From assembly GCA_951406725.2 (NCBI GenBank), contig OX597815.1, forward strand, positions 75,454,001 to 75,518,000: a stretch of 64,000 nt of DNA, given 5' to 3'. The notes under the pieces are model-generated. The model saw only the letters and a program-made list of their open reading frames with translations, did not search any database and was not told where the DNA came from. This DNA is from Octopus vulgaris (taxonomy: Eukaryota). Each line of letters begins with the position of its first letter. Positions within the stretch are counted from its first letter, which is position 1. The translations under genes were made by a program, and so were the position numbers. Positions 13,640 to 27,870 of the stretch are shown here, one piece after another.

Positions 13640-14240
13640 TTTGCTCTCACTTTTGAGTATGCATGGAATGTACCCATTTCTTTATTGTTCAGCAGGTATT
13701 GTCTGAGTGGTACAATGCAACATTCAAAGGCTGTTTGGATTGACCTTATGCTTCTACCACCATCACTTCATCTCACATAGAACGTATCGGTATTGCTGTT
13801 AATGTTGCAGTTGCCAGTGGTGGTCAGTATCTTTTTGGTTTTAATGTCCAGCTGCAGATCCCGCCCAATAACCCAAATGTTGGTACAAGCAATGGAGCGG
13901 CAAAAGCATTGTGAGATATGGTCTTCTTAAATGCAGACAACTCTGTGTTCCAGATTTTCTTTGAGTCCACACAAGTACTCTTTTGTTATTCTGGCTTTAG
14001 TCATAACACCAACGTGTGCAACATTATCGGCGACTCCGAGATACTTATAGTTTTCATCATTAGAGATAGGGGAGACAGATTAGCCATTGATGTACATGTT
14101 CTCTATGAGGTTGATAATCTTTCTTCGCTTGACTATCATGTATGAGCATTTCTCTTGACCAAACTGTATCCCTATCTCTCGTGAGAAAATTGTGAGAATG
14201 TTGTTCATGTTACCAGCATATAACCGCAGGTCATCAACAG
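13640..14240 (-). mobile_element. Highly decayed non-LTR RT fragment (R4/Dong-like)
   Basis: SVDDLRLYAG...IFSREIGIQFGQEKC resembles RT motifs 5-7 of the family. Confidence 0.6.
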
Positions 14241-14621
14241 AAATATCTATGTATGTAAATACGTGCATACATACATACGTATGTATGTATGTATGTATGT
14301 ATGTATGTATGTATGTATGTATGTATGTATGTATGTATGTTTAATAAAAATCCCTCCTCCTAATGATTTTGTTCTTCATTTCGTGATACAAAGCTATCAT
14401 GCAGAAAATGCCAGCTTCCAAATCCTGTTTTCTGATTAGACAAAATTGCTTAAACTTGAAACTTCGGTAACATTTTTCTGCAACTTTTCTGGAACAAATA
14501 TATAGCAAAATCGGATTTAACGGGGAAAATTATTTCAATATACCAACTTTGGAAATAATATGTGAGAGCAACAGGGAAGACCCTACAAAAGTAAAGAGAC
14601 GAACAGTTACAGGACGTCAAA

Positions 14622-14688
<67 letters not shown>

Positions 14689-14739
14689 TTACAAACGTAC
14701 ACACAGGTAGTTACGAGTTTAAAATGGTGTATAGTAGAC

Positions 14740-14770
<31 letters not shown>

Positions 14771-15263
14771 TGTATGTATGTATGCATGTATGTATGCATG
14801 TATGTATGTATGTTTGTATGAGTGTGTATGTGTGTCTCTGTGTGTGAATGTCTCTTTGCGATGGACAGCAGAAAAGCCACCTACCCCTCTCTTCTTAAAG
14901 CTAAGTATTCCTCACACACCCCTTTCTCTGTGTTTTTGTGTGTGTTGTAGCTATGCATTTACAAAAGTATGTATGCAGCGTCGCGTGTATATTACAGCTG
15001 TAATAAAGTTAACATCCCATTTCCACCACTGTTTTCGCCTTCATTGATATAAGTCACCCTCTCTTTGTTACTACCTTTCCCTCAGACTAATGCTTTTTGC
15101 AACCTTCTCATTTTATCATATGATTCGGCCAAAGAATTGAAATCCAATTAGCCTATTATTTAACTGGATGTTAGTGTAACATGTATGCAAAGTTTTGTGA
15201 ATATTGGTTTGCTGATTTAGGCACTAAGATGGTAACAACCAGGCAGAAAGAAAGAAATTGGCA

Positions 15264-15321
<58 letters not shown>

Positions 15322-15946
15322 TGCGTAGAAGCGAGTTGTTTATAGCGATGAAATGTATGTGCTATACATCAGCGCACTCCCTCCATTAGGTGCACAGTGT
15401 GCGACACGTAAGGTGTCGAAGTGATAGCAGAGCAATATGAAGATGAAATGTTTTGCTCAAGAACACAACTCACCAAACGGTTTAGTAATTGAAACCACGA
15501 TCACGCGACTGTGAGCGCAACACCCTAACCACTAAGCCATGCTTCCTTGCACGTGCGCTCGCGCATCTGTATGTATGTGTGTGGAGGGGTGTCCTTAACA
15601 TGGTGTCTCCGTAAAAGAGTTGCCGATAGAAGAAGCACTAGACTTGAAAGAAGCTCTGAGGTTGATTGCACACACACGCACAGACACACACACACACACA
15701 CACACATACAAATACATAATTATACATGAGCATGTGAATGAGTATAAGTGTTGGTGTTTTTCTACTTTATCGTCATTCGATTATCTTCTAGCATTCTTGA
15801 CTACTGTCATATCGATAATGGTAATCCTTTCTACTATAGAAAGGATTACATAGATACTAGTACGCAACATGGTACTTACTTTATCCACCCTGAAATGCCG
15901 CTGAACATTTTGTCCGATGCGGTAACGATTCTGCCAGTTCACCGAC

Positions 15947-15996
<50 letters not shown>

Positions 15997-15999
15997 TGT

Positions 16000-16210
16000 T
16001 TCTAGTTTAGACGCAAGGCCTGAAATTTTGGGGGAAGGGGCTAGTCAAATATATCGATCTCAGTGCTTCACTGGAACTTATATTAATGACCTCGAAAGGA
16101 TGAAAGGCAAAGTCGACCTCGGCAGGATTTGAACTCAGAACGTAAAAACGGACGAAATGCCGCTGAGCATTTTTGTCCGATATGGTAACGATTCTGCCAA
16201 CTCACCGTTT
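16000..16210 (-). mobile_element. tRNA-derived SINE
   Basis: Reverse complement of the 11669-11885 family; a partial copy also lies at 15836-15948. Confidence 0.8.
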
Positions 16211-16261
16211 TAATAATAATAATAATAATGATAATAATAATAATAATAATAATAATGATAA

Positions 16262-16953
<692 letters not shown>

Positions 16954-17550
16954 GTTTATTCGGCCGTGTTCCGATTCAGAGTAAAGAAACCCCACCGTTC
17001 TCTCTTCGCCACAGATACTTCGCCCTTCGCCTTATGACGCAAGATGGCAGCAGTGCCAATGAAAAGGACGCTAATTATTAACAGAGATACAAGGCATATC
17101 AAATGGAATTGCAATTTTCTTTAAATGACTCAGTCCCGACAAAATGAAACAATATTCTGGCTGTCAATTGTTGTATAAACGTTTATTTTTAATTATATTT
17201 ATTTTTATACCTTTGTTTTTGTTTTTCTTTGTACCTTTTTTTATTGTTGTTATTGTTGAAGTAACTGTTTAATATTGTCAAGTCTTCTTTATTTTTATTG
17301 CTTTAGGTTTTCGTTATTGCTTTGCATAATTATTATTGATTCGAAGATTTTAAATACTACTTTTGGTCTTTGTTTTTGCTCCCATTTATGTTCTATCTGT
17401 ATATATATATATGCGTGTGTGTCTGCGCGCGCACTTGTGTATATGTGTGTGCATGTGTACGCGTGTGTGTGTGTGTGTGTGTGTGTGTGATGCTTTTGTG
17501 TGTATATATGTATATATACGTTATATATGTGTGTGCGTGTATATATGGAC

Positions 17551-17613
<63 letters not shown>

Positions 17614-18108
17614 GTATGTATATATGTTCACATATTTATGAAATAATATTTCTGGGTGAATGTAGATAGATAGATAGACAGACAGATATTTATCTTTTAC
17701 TTATAAGTTTCCCTGCATTATTGATGGAATTTTATGTTGAATTTAAGTTTAAAAAAGCAAGAATCCATAAATTCACTTTCGTCGTTTCGATGAAAAGGAC
17801 CTGACGTTGAAATATATTCTATTAGCTGTACACTTTCTGCACACTTATACAAAACTTTAAGCATATATTAATACACGTGTGCGCATCACACACACGCACA
17901 TGCACACACATACATGCATATGCATATTTATATAAATACATATAAAAAAACTGGATTTCATTTACTTTATGTAGTTTTTTTAAAGAAATTAATAAATATG
18001 TATGTATAAGTATATTTATATATGTGTGTGTGTGTGTGTCTGTGTATATTGCGTTGATTCAAAAGTTTTGCAATATTTTGGTAACTAAAATATTTTGGTA
18101 ACAGCTTA

Positions 18109-18276
18109 GCATTCAAAGTAGATGCCATCGTGTTGCATCATCTGAAGCCACCTTTCTGCCAGTTCTTTGATCCCACGTTGATACCAATTCTTGTCCTTTG
18201 ACCTGAAGAACTTCTTGACTGAAGCTTCGACCTCTTCTTCGTTAGCGAAGGGTTGCCAGCGCAGGAAGTGAACCAT
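18109..18276 (-). mobile_element. mariner transposase C-terminal fragment
   Basis: Minus strand translates to MVHFLRWQPFANEEEVEASVKKFFRSKDKNWYQRGIKELAERWLQMMQHDGIYFE, a typical mariner C-terminus. Confidence 0.8.
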
Positions 18277-18525
18277 ATATATCTCTCTATATAAATCTAC
18301 TATATATTTGTGAAAATGTCAGGCGTTATTTCACAAGCAGTTGTGCAGGCAAAATTGTTAGTAAATGTGGTCGGATTGACCTGAAAATTTGCACACCTAT
18401 GTTAAAAGTATTGGGGCATTTGCATGGCCCTTTCAATTGAGTTTGCTCAATTGAAAGGCGTGGCCTCTAGGGCAAAGTTCTTCATCTTTAAAATGTGGCC
18501 CGAGTAGACCCGGATGAAATTGGGT

Positions 18526-18609
<84 letters not shown>

Positions 18610-18640
18610 ACACATATATATATATTCATATTTCTATATA

Positions 18641-19089
18641 TAGGGTGATTTAAAAGTAACTGCCTATTTTGAAATACTTATAAATTATTTATTAATCGAA
18701 TTTTTTACAGGAAAAATTAATATGAGAGGAAAGCTTTTAGTATGAGGTTTTATTTAAAATTCGATTGGGCTCCAGATGTCGCCACCACCTTTTTGATTCG
18801 CCCGGGAATTGCGTCTTCTGATTTCACCAGGAACTCTTGTGGGTTGGAAGACATAACTTGCATCCCACAAGAGTGTTAAGTCGCGACTCCTGGTTCACTA
18901 CTCACGCGGACCACGACGACCCATCTCCCGGGGGAAAGGGAATTCAGCTATTCAAGAACAAGAGCAATACGATTACAGATTAACTTCTCATATACTTCAA
19001 AACGCCAAACATTATAAAATTGAGAAAAAGATTACAATTAATAAATAATTTATAAGTATTTTAAAATAGGGAGTTACCTTTCAGTCACC

Positions 19090-19092
<3 letters not shown>
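18641..19092 (-). mobile_element. Internally deleted Tc1/mariner-superfamily element with ~55 bp TIRs
   Basis: TIRs agggtgatttaaaagtaactgcctattttgaaatacttataaattatttattaat and the inverted copy ending caccctg; TA flanks; internal decayed FPGRW.GRRGP...RS.DLT..LWD motif. Confidence 0.75.
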
Positions 19093-19140
<48 letters not shown>

Positions 19141-19306
19141 TAGTTATCGTCAAGCTAATATGGCAGTCCATAAATATAGGACGAAAGCTGCCGTTGATTA
19201 GCTCCAAGAGGTCATCGCCTCTGGTTAGCTATATGACACACGAACCTGTTTTTATTATAACCTTCGAACATGGGAGGTCAGCCGCTTCTCCTTGCTGGTC
19301 AGGCAT

Positions 19307-19347
19307 CTGCAGACATGTTTCAGGGTATTTGCCCTTTATCAATGCAG
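19307..19347 (-). ncRNA. Degenerate minimal type I hammerhead ribozyme
   Basis: Minus strand: ctgca-TTGATAA-aggg caaata ccct-GAAAC-at-GTC-tgcag. Stems I and II pair perfectly; two core substitutions versus CUGANGA. Confidence 0.6.
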
Positions 19348-19943
19348 AGTAGCTGAACCCATATATATATATAATACATGCTTCTATATATGCATACATA
19401 CATATATATATACATATATGTATGTAGAGGGAGAGGAAGAGTGAGCGAGAGGTACGGTGATACAAACAGGGGAACAAAAATTAAAGTAAGAATATATATA
19501 TTTTTGAAACTTCTACAGATTAACAATAAAAAAATATACACACATATGCATACATATGTAATGTGCATATAAATATGTTAGTATATATGTAAGTAAATAT
19601 ACGTGCTTGAATGCATACACATACATACGCATATGCATACAGCACACACACATGCGCGTACACACATATATGTATGTGGTAATTATAACTTTATATACAT
19701 AACACGTGATGTAGCACAGTCAGTTTCATGTATAGATAACTGCGCGTATTCTCTAGGAATATAAAACAAAATAAAATGTTTATATACACATGCCGGTGTG
19801 TGTTTGTGTGTTTGTCTGTGGATGTGTTTGTGTGCATGTGTGTGTGTGCGTGCATGCCTGTAAGTGTGTGTGTATGTGTGTACATACATATGGAATATGT
19901 ACGTATGTACATATGTATATGTTATATTTTTGTGTGTGTGTAT

Positions 19944-20009
<66 letters not shown>

Positions 20010-20811
20010 TTATTTATATATATATATAATTTATGTATTGAATTTGAAAATAAAAGTTTGTCTCTCTATTCGGGTTTCACACCACTGCGATGTTCAGGCG
20101 AAAGAGTGATGTTCATGAGGAACAATCGCAGTGGCTTAAAATCTGAGGTACTTGTCCCTCATCCGTCCACCATGAAATAATCTACATTGCATGTATGTGT
20201 GTCTGAATCTGTGTGTATGTGCGCGCACGTGCATATGCATGCATATGCATATCTGGAATGCAATGTTGCGTCTTTCAATCATTTCCCGAAAATACTAGCA
20301 AACACAGATCAAGAAAAAATAAACTGCTTTCCGTGTTTTGTATTATATTTGTATACATTTATAAAGGAACACAAACACACATCAACATACAAACTGCCTG
20401 CAAAGGTAGTATTTTTCAAAGTAAATCCCGTTGAGTAATCATTGTATTTTTTTACCGTCATTTGCATATATGAAATTTTCAAACGATCGTATTTATTTAT
20501 TTATTTATTTTCAGACTATTATTTTTGATTGGTGGATTGCTTGAGAAAGGAATTTGCAGTATACAAAATAAGCAACGATGATGGCAATGCAGCTTTGTAT
20601 GAACAAATTAAAGATAGGAATGTTTTACAATGTAGCTTCCCTTGGAGAGGTCTTTTTAACATAAAGGGTTATTACTGTTTACTCGCTTTTTCTAATATTT
20701 ACTGAATTTACTATTGACTGTCAATCATGTGATTGTTTTCTCTTTAATAAATTCATAAAACCCACAGCTACATCATCATTAACAACAATAAGAATAAAAT
20801 CAATATAAATT

Positions 20812-20924
<113 letters not shown>

Positions 20925-20973
20925 CATCATTATTATTATTATTATTATCATCATCATCATCATCATCATTATT

Positions 20974-21457
20974 GAGTGAGAGAGCAACACATGCCATCAA
21001 AGTGACACTGGGTTCGATTATACGAAGCCCAATATGCCCATCATGACTAACACTCTGATAAGGTACATGCATCATAACCATATGTGCGCGATATGGTGAT
21101 TTTATATCAAGATAAACAGCGCATGACCTTGCAGGTGGAGCACAGGTCCCTGAGTAAGGATGATGAACGAAACACCCATATTTCCAAAGGTGAATTATTC
21201 AAACTCCAAAGAATCCCTCTCAACACATGGCTATGGTTCTCACCCACTACTTCTGCTCATGATCAAATATGCACATATTTTCAACCACCAAGAGACATGC
21301 TCAACTGGTTACGGTCAAACAACTAAGAAGCAAATCTGTGGTATTGAGCAGAATATTTACTGTGGCCCATCTTTTATACCAAGACAAAACAATGTGCATA
21401 ATAACACTTTCAATCAGTTAAGATCAGAAGCCATGAGAACCACTGCCTGGTATTGCA
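20974..21457 (-). mobile_element. ~550 bp (AAT)n-inserted repeat, copy 2 (internal deletion)
   Basis: Reverse-complement match to 16361-16916. Confidence 0.85.
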
Positions 21458-21459
21458 GT

Positions 21460-22340
21460 CTGTATGCGTCATTTTTGGGGTGGAATAACCCATTTCTAGT
21501 ATGCAACTTCATTGTCCTTCTGTCTATGTTGTTTAGTTTGTCTTCTGTCCATGCGATTAGCTCTGCTCCATATCTAAGGAGTTAAACCGCCGAGGTGTTG
21601 AAAGCTTCAATCTTATTCCGTTCGTTTAATTTCGACTTAAGGATCAGCCGCAGTCTGCGCAAGTACCCCACCTTAAATTTTTCTGTCATTTCTTTCTCCA
21701 TCAATTAATCTATTTTCAATATATCCATGTACTTATAGCCCATCTCTTCTATTTGCTTCACAACCTCCACCGACGGTATCGCTAGCCCGTCCATACATTT
21801 GATTTTACCTCTCTTCAAGACTAATACACCACACTTTTTCATTCCGAACTCCATTCTCATATAGTATACACCGTATCAACGAGGGAACTGACTTGGGATT
21901 CATCTTCATCTTTACCATAAAGTTTGAGGTCATCTATATGCCTTTCATCAAACAAGCTATCACTGTAGTTTATTACAGATTTCACCTCTGTTTTCTGCTG
22001 AGATTACTTTTATCCATAAAAACTGTATTTTCATCGTTTTCTTTGCTACTGTTTTCCAATACCCGTCTTTTGATAGCTTCGAGCTCTACTTCTGTGAACC
22101 AACGATGTTTTCTTATTGCTCTAGCTTGATCACATAATCTCTGTTCTGTGAGTTGTAACAATCGTCCTTTCTCTCCATTGATCATACATACGTTGTCGGT
22201 ATCCCCTAATATGAGCACCATTTTTGTGTACAGGGTTGCTCAGGTAGTAACACTCCATGACCACAGCAGTGACTTGTTTGTTTCATCTACGCCGTGTGTG
22301 CTGGTCCATTGGTGGATAACGAGAGGCTGGAGCCGGACCA
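21460..22340 (-). mobile_element. Decayed R4/Dong-type fragments (N-terminal region and RT end)
   Basis: TEQRLCDQARAIRKHRWFTEVELEAIKRR matches the N-terminal motif at 38.6 kb; MEFGMKKCGVL...YKYMD..YLRRLRLILKSKLN lies on the minus strand. Confidence 0.75.
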
Positions 22341-22726
22341 GTATCTCTAAGCCTGCGGGATGCAACACTGTCAACATCAAGGACTTCAGTTTCATTATCA
22401 CCGTTATTCACAATATTTTGTTTTTTCATTGTCACTCATATGAGGTAGCGATTATCAGGTTGCGCAGTTACCAGTGTTTTTATTGTGACACCATCACTAG
22501 ATGTATCATCGATCAGGACATGGGTTGATTCCAACCGCTTTGTCATTAAAACTTTCGTGTTATAACTAGGTTCCGGGTCTTATCTGTTAGCATAGACAAT
22601 TTGATGGAGCACCGCTTCTACAATTATAAACAAATAAATGTAGTCAAACGGGACAAAGAAACAAACAAAAAACTAATATCCACCCCTATTTTTTCCGTGC
22701 GGGCTATATTTGTTTAATGCCGTGGT

Positions 22727-22774
<48 letters not shown>

Positions 22775-22886
22775 TGGTTCCACAGTATTTTTTATATACC
22801 ACCCTAGGCTGTTTTCCTCTGCTTCAATACAGTCTTGGCAACTGATCAAACCTCTCCCACCCTTTCTTTTTCTTTTTCTTCTTCTT

Positions 22887-22953
<67 letters not shown>

Positions 22954-24644
22954 GACTATTACAGGATACATTAATGAACAGAGATAATAAAAACGCTTTC
23001 AAATTTTGGTTGAAGACCAGCTGGTACATAACTTTTCAGCCCCGAAACGATGAAAGGCAATTAATTTAACCTCCAAGGGATTTGAGCGCAGAAGGTAAAA
23101 AGACGGAACAAAAATCGGAGGGCAATTTCTCCGACGCTCTAACGATTCTACCAAACAACAACCATTAGTTTCTAAGATGTACACAAGGCCTGACATTTGG
23201 AGGAGAAAATTAATCGATTAACTCGACCCCGGTATTTGACAAGGACGTTATTTTGTTGATTCCGTTGTGACGAGTCATTGGCCTGATTGATCTTAGAACA
23301 TAGAGTGCTTTAACTTAATAACGCATTGATTTCTAAGATAGTCACAAAGCAAGTTTATTACGATTAAATGACTAAAGTATTTGATTGGTACTTCACTTTA
23401 TCAAACCCGAAAGGATGAAAGGTAAAGTTAACCTTGTCGGGATTTGAACATAAAGAACAATAAACATAGAATTTTATTCATTTCTCAGATAGTTATAAGG
23501 TGAAAGCATAGTCGATTAAATGACCGCTGTATATGACTGGTACTTTACTTTAATCAACCTCGAAAGGATGAAAGGCAAAGTTAGGCTTAGATTTGAGCTC
23601 AGAATCTATCTCTACTGTTTGTGCCATTCCGCAACCGATTTCATTTCTAAAATAGGCATCAAACGATAACAGCTATCATATGTCAGTGTGATATTTTAGA
23701 CATTTCTTATTCGTTGTCTTATACGTCGTCGTCGTCGTCGTCATCATCATCATCATCATCATCATCACTATCATCATCATCATCATTAATAACAACAGCA
23801 GGGTCAGCAGCAGCAGCAACAGCTCTGGCAGCTTAAGTGGTGTTATTGTCCTTATTATTGCTGTTGTCAACAAATTATTAATAACGTCGTGATGATGATG
23901 ATGATGGTGGTGATGATGATGACGACGACGACGACGACGATGACGATGATGATATCTCTGTTGTCATCATGATCTCAATCCCTATGGTGATAATAATAAA
24001 ATTATTAATTATAAAGAAGAAGAAGAAGAAAAAAAAAGAAGAAGAAGAAGAAGAAGAAGAAGAAGAAGAAGAAGAAGAAGAAGAAGAAGAAGAAGAAGAA
24101 GAAGAAGAAGAAGAAGAGTATGATGAAGAAGAAGAACATTGTTATTAAGAAATCATCATCACAATCATCATTTTCATCAGTAGAAGCAGGAGTAACCGCA
24201 GCAATCTCCTCACATAAAATGTCAACTGTTTTGTAAGCATTATTTAGTATTTAATGAAATAGCTGTCATCAAGTCATACCGGAGTTTTAAAAAAAAACAA
24301 TAAATCGTTGTCATTAAACTGCAGGTAATTGAACTAAAAACATAGAAACAAACCTTTCAAGAGTTTTAAAACTTCATTTTAATTCATTGACAAAAACATT
24401 ATTTACTCCTTTATCAATGCCAACTCATAAAAGAAAGGAATTTTTCCTTTAAATAATGTATACCTATCAATTGAAGAAGCCCCCTTCGTGCTTGATCAAC
24501 CTTCAGCTAGAAATAGCAGTCAAACTTCTTCAACTCATACACTGCTATCTTTAAAAGTATCATAACTGATATGTCATTGACAACAACATTACTAATATCG
24601 TAAGTCTATGCTCCCTTACCTCTGTTTTTTCTTTCATTTATATG

Positions 24645-25040
24645 TAATACGAGCAAAATGCCCCCCGTCCAATGGACGGTGCTGAGTTGTAAAACATTTA
24701 AACCAAATTTTCTCAAAACAACTTGTCCGACCGTTCCATAGGCCTCCCCTTTGAGAAACACTGATTTAACCTAAATTTGGGACACCAGCAAAAAAAGAAA
24801 TAAAGAAAGACATTTTTTGTATTCCAAGAAAAACGATTTTACAAGTGCACGTTCCCACGGCTTTTCCCACGGCTTTATCGATCGCATTCTCACCTGGAAT
24901 CGATTTTTGCAATTTTTTCAAGACTTATACACTCGCTGATACCGTCGGTATCTACATATCAAATTTGAGCGCAATCGGATGGAGGATGCCCGAGATCCTA
25001 GAAGACACACAGACAGACAGAACGGATTTTATATAATAGA
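24645..25040. mobile_element. Helentron/HINE-like non-autonomous element (tentative)
   Basis: Short subterminal hairpin ccgtccaatggacgg and an acagacagacag...ttttatatat end, a DINE-1-like layout. Confidence 0.4.
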
Positions 25041-26188
25041 TGTGTTATTCGAACCCTGCACTTTATCCATTTCTCCGATTTCATGATACAATTCATAGCT
25101 CGCAGGATACTGTGGAACCGATTACTGAGCCCTAAACTCACAGCTAATGTAACACACTGTTCATTACACGCGCACAAACACACGTATTGAGAAAGCAAAA
25201 AAAAAAAATAACCATAAATATATTAAATTGCGTTAGATACTGAAATTTCACGTGTTAAATGCTTTTCTATGTACACTGTTGCGTATATCGTGAAATAAGC
25301 CGTAACGAATGAAGAGAACAAAAAATATTTGAAAGAATAACTACAGACAATATCAGAGATGTTTCAGACATTTATTTTCTACTGCTGTAGCATTCTAATA
25401 GCATCAAGTGTCACATAATTACATAACTATAATATATTAATATAGGACGTACAAATCACATTATAAAGAATGTTGTGAAATATGAGTTACAAAATCAAAA
25501 CGGCCTTTATATACAGAAGAGTAAAAAGAGAAGAAAAGGGAGGAAAAGAAAATAGAAGACTTTATACATAAAGAGGGAGAGGAAGGTGCAAAAATAAGGA
25601 AAAATGTAAAAGAAATAAATAAAGAATAAAATTAATATAGAAAAAATAAAAATTAATAAAGATAACAGTAATTGTTCCTACTATAGAAAGACCGTCGCAT
25701 TGAAATTTTGAAGGAAAGGTCTTGTCGATGACTTCGACCCCAGTAATCAATTTGTATTTATTTCATCGACTCCGAAAGAATGAAAGGCGAAAAGCCGCTC
25801 ATCATTTTGTTAACGATTTTGCAAGCTCGCCGCCTTAAAGTATAACACTAGTAACAGCAACAATAAAAGAAAGAGTAAGCTTAAACGTTCTGTAATTGCT
25901 GACTGGAGAAAATGAAGTCTGCCAATTATTGCAGCGGTTAAGATAATGACTCGGTCAATGTGGTTCCTCTACTCAGATATGCTAAATCTTAGTAGAGTCA
26001 TAAAGCACCATGCCACAGACTGGAACATGAAAGACCAAAGATGCACGACAATACCTTCTCAGTCCTAGGCATAAATTGACACCATTTACACACATATAGG
26101 TATACATTTAGACTACCATTAAGCCCAATAATTAAGTAAATACATACACAAACGTGTCGCTATACATACATTCATTCATTTACATATA

Positions 26189-26246
<58 letters not shown>

Positions 26247-26337
26247 TACATATATGTATATATACATATATACATGCATATATATATATATACTTACATA
26301 TATACATGTATGCATATATATATATGTGTATATAGAT

Positions 26338-26398
<61 letters not shown>

Positions 26399-26487
26399 TA
26401 CATATATACATATATGTATATATACATATATACATGCATATATATATATACTTACATATATACATGTATGCATATATATATGTGTAT

Positions 26488-26556
<69 letters not shown>

Positions 26557-26905
26557 CAGACAGACACGCATACTGTATATTCACTTCTGTATAAAAACAT
26601 TTACAGATACATACACAGTCAACCAAATTTCACTTACAAAACATTGGTTTAATCGAGGCTAAATAGAAGATATTTACCAAACTTTGCGTGAAGTGGAATC
26701 GAATCGGAACTATGTTTACGATGCAAATTTCTTGACCTCACAGACATATTTGCTTGTTACTTTTAGATCTTGTAGCCGCTCGGTGAATTCCTCATAGCAA
26801 TGGAAATTAATATAAATAAATATATATTAATATTCATCTGTATTGATTGTTTCATCCTTGGTTGAACTCTTCCTCTCTTTTTTTCCTTTAGAACGAATCA
26901 TATAA

Positions 26906-27122
26906 TATTGGTTTCAAATTTTTGTACAAGGCCAGCAATTTTCCAAGAGGAGTAATTCAATTACATCGACCCCAGTACTCGACCGGTACTGTTTTATCGA
27001 CCTTGAAAAGATGAAAGGCAAAGTCGACTTTGGCGGAATTTAAACTCAGAACTTGAAGACAGACGAAATGTCGCTAAAAATTGTGTTCAGTGTGTTAACG
27101 ATCCTGCCAGCTCGCCGCCTAG
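26906..27122 (-). mobile_element. tRNA-derived SINE, near full length
   Basis: Reverse complement of the 11669-11885 family; further degraded copies at about 6.5, 23.0-23.6, 25.7, 42.75, 52.2 and 61.3 kb. Confidence 0.8.
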
Positions 27123-27379
27123 TAGGTCATATAATATTAAAAAGGATTAATATTTTTCATTTTTGGTTCTTTTGTTATTCTATGTCGATAAATTATTGCC
27201 AGAAATTGAACCTATAACTTCATGTCCATGAGCTATATATTCAAATGTCTTCACCTAATACCTCTGTGCAAAACCAATAAGAATACTATGTAACGCTCTT
27301 CTTAACGATCGCTATCGTTTTTTTGTGTTTTTATCGACCAGACTATCATGTCTTTATATATCATTGAACACAATGCACT

Positions 27380-27870
27380 TCAGTTCTTTCTTTGATTGCA
27401 TATTTCTCTTTCATTTGGACCAGAATTGTATGATGATGTTATCTTCTCATCGTCTCGAAGGTCTATCGAGTAGTTTCTTTTGATCTCTTGGATACCATCC
27501 GACAACTTTACTGCTCCACTTATTTGCTGTCTGTTTTCCTTGCGGCATGTCCAGCCCAGCGAAACTTGCACTTTTAGTACTCCGCGATCACATCATTCAC
27601 TCGATCCTGTTCTGGAATTACCTCATTTCGAATATACTATCTTAATAATATGCCTAGCATGGATCTTTCATGATCTCCTGTCCCGTATCCGCAGGTATAG
27701 AAAAAGATTGCGATAAATGTAGTTAAAGTTCGATGTATTATTATTAAGCACATTCATTTTTGCCTTCTCTTCACTGATACATAGATTGATCTGGTAAAAA
27801 TATGATACGTGGTATCTTCTAGTGAGCCGAGTATGCAACTTATGTTCAGTAGTTCTTAATTCTAGTTACT
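27380..27870 (-). mobile_element. Decayed RTE-like LINE 3' fragment
   Basis: Minus strand shows remnants resembling WAGHAARKTD...IPRD.K...RP.RRW.D. Confidence 0.45.

Noticed and set aside
26180-26490. ~150 bp tandem duplication
   Set aside because: Made entirely of TA/TACA low-complexity sequence; ordinary slippage or an assembly artefact.
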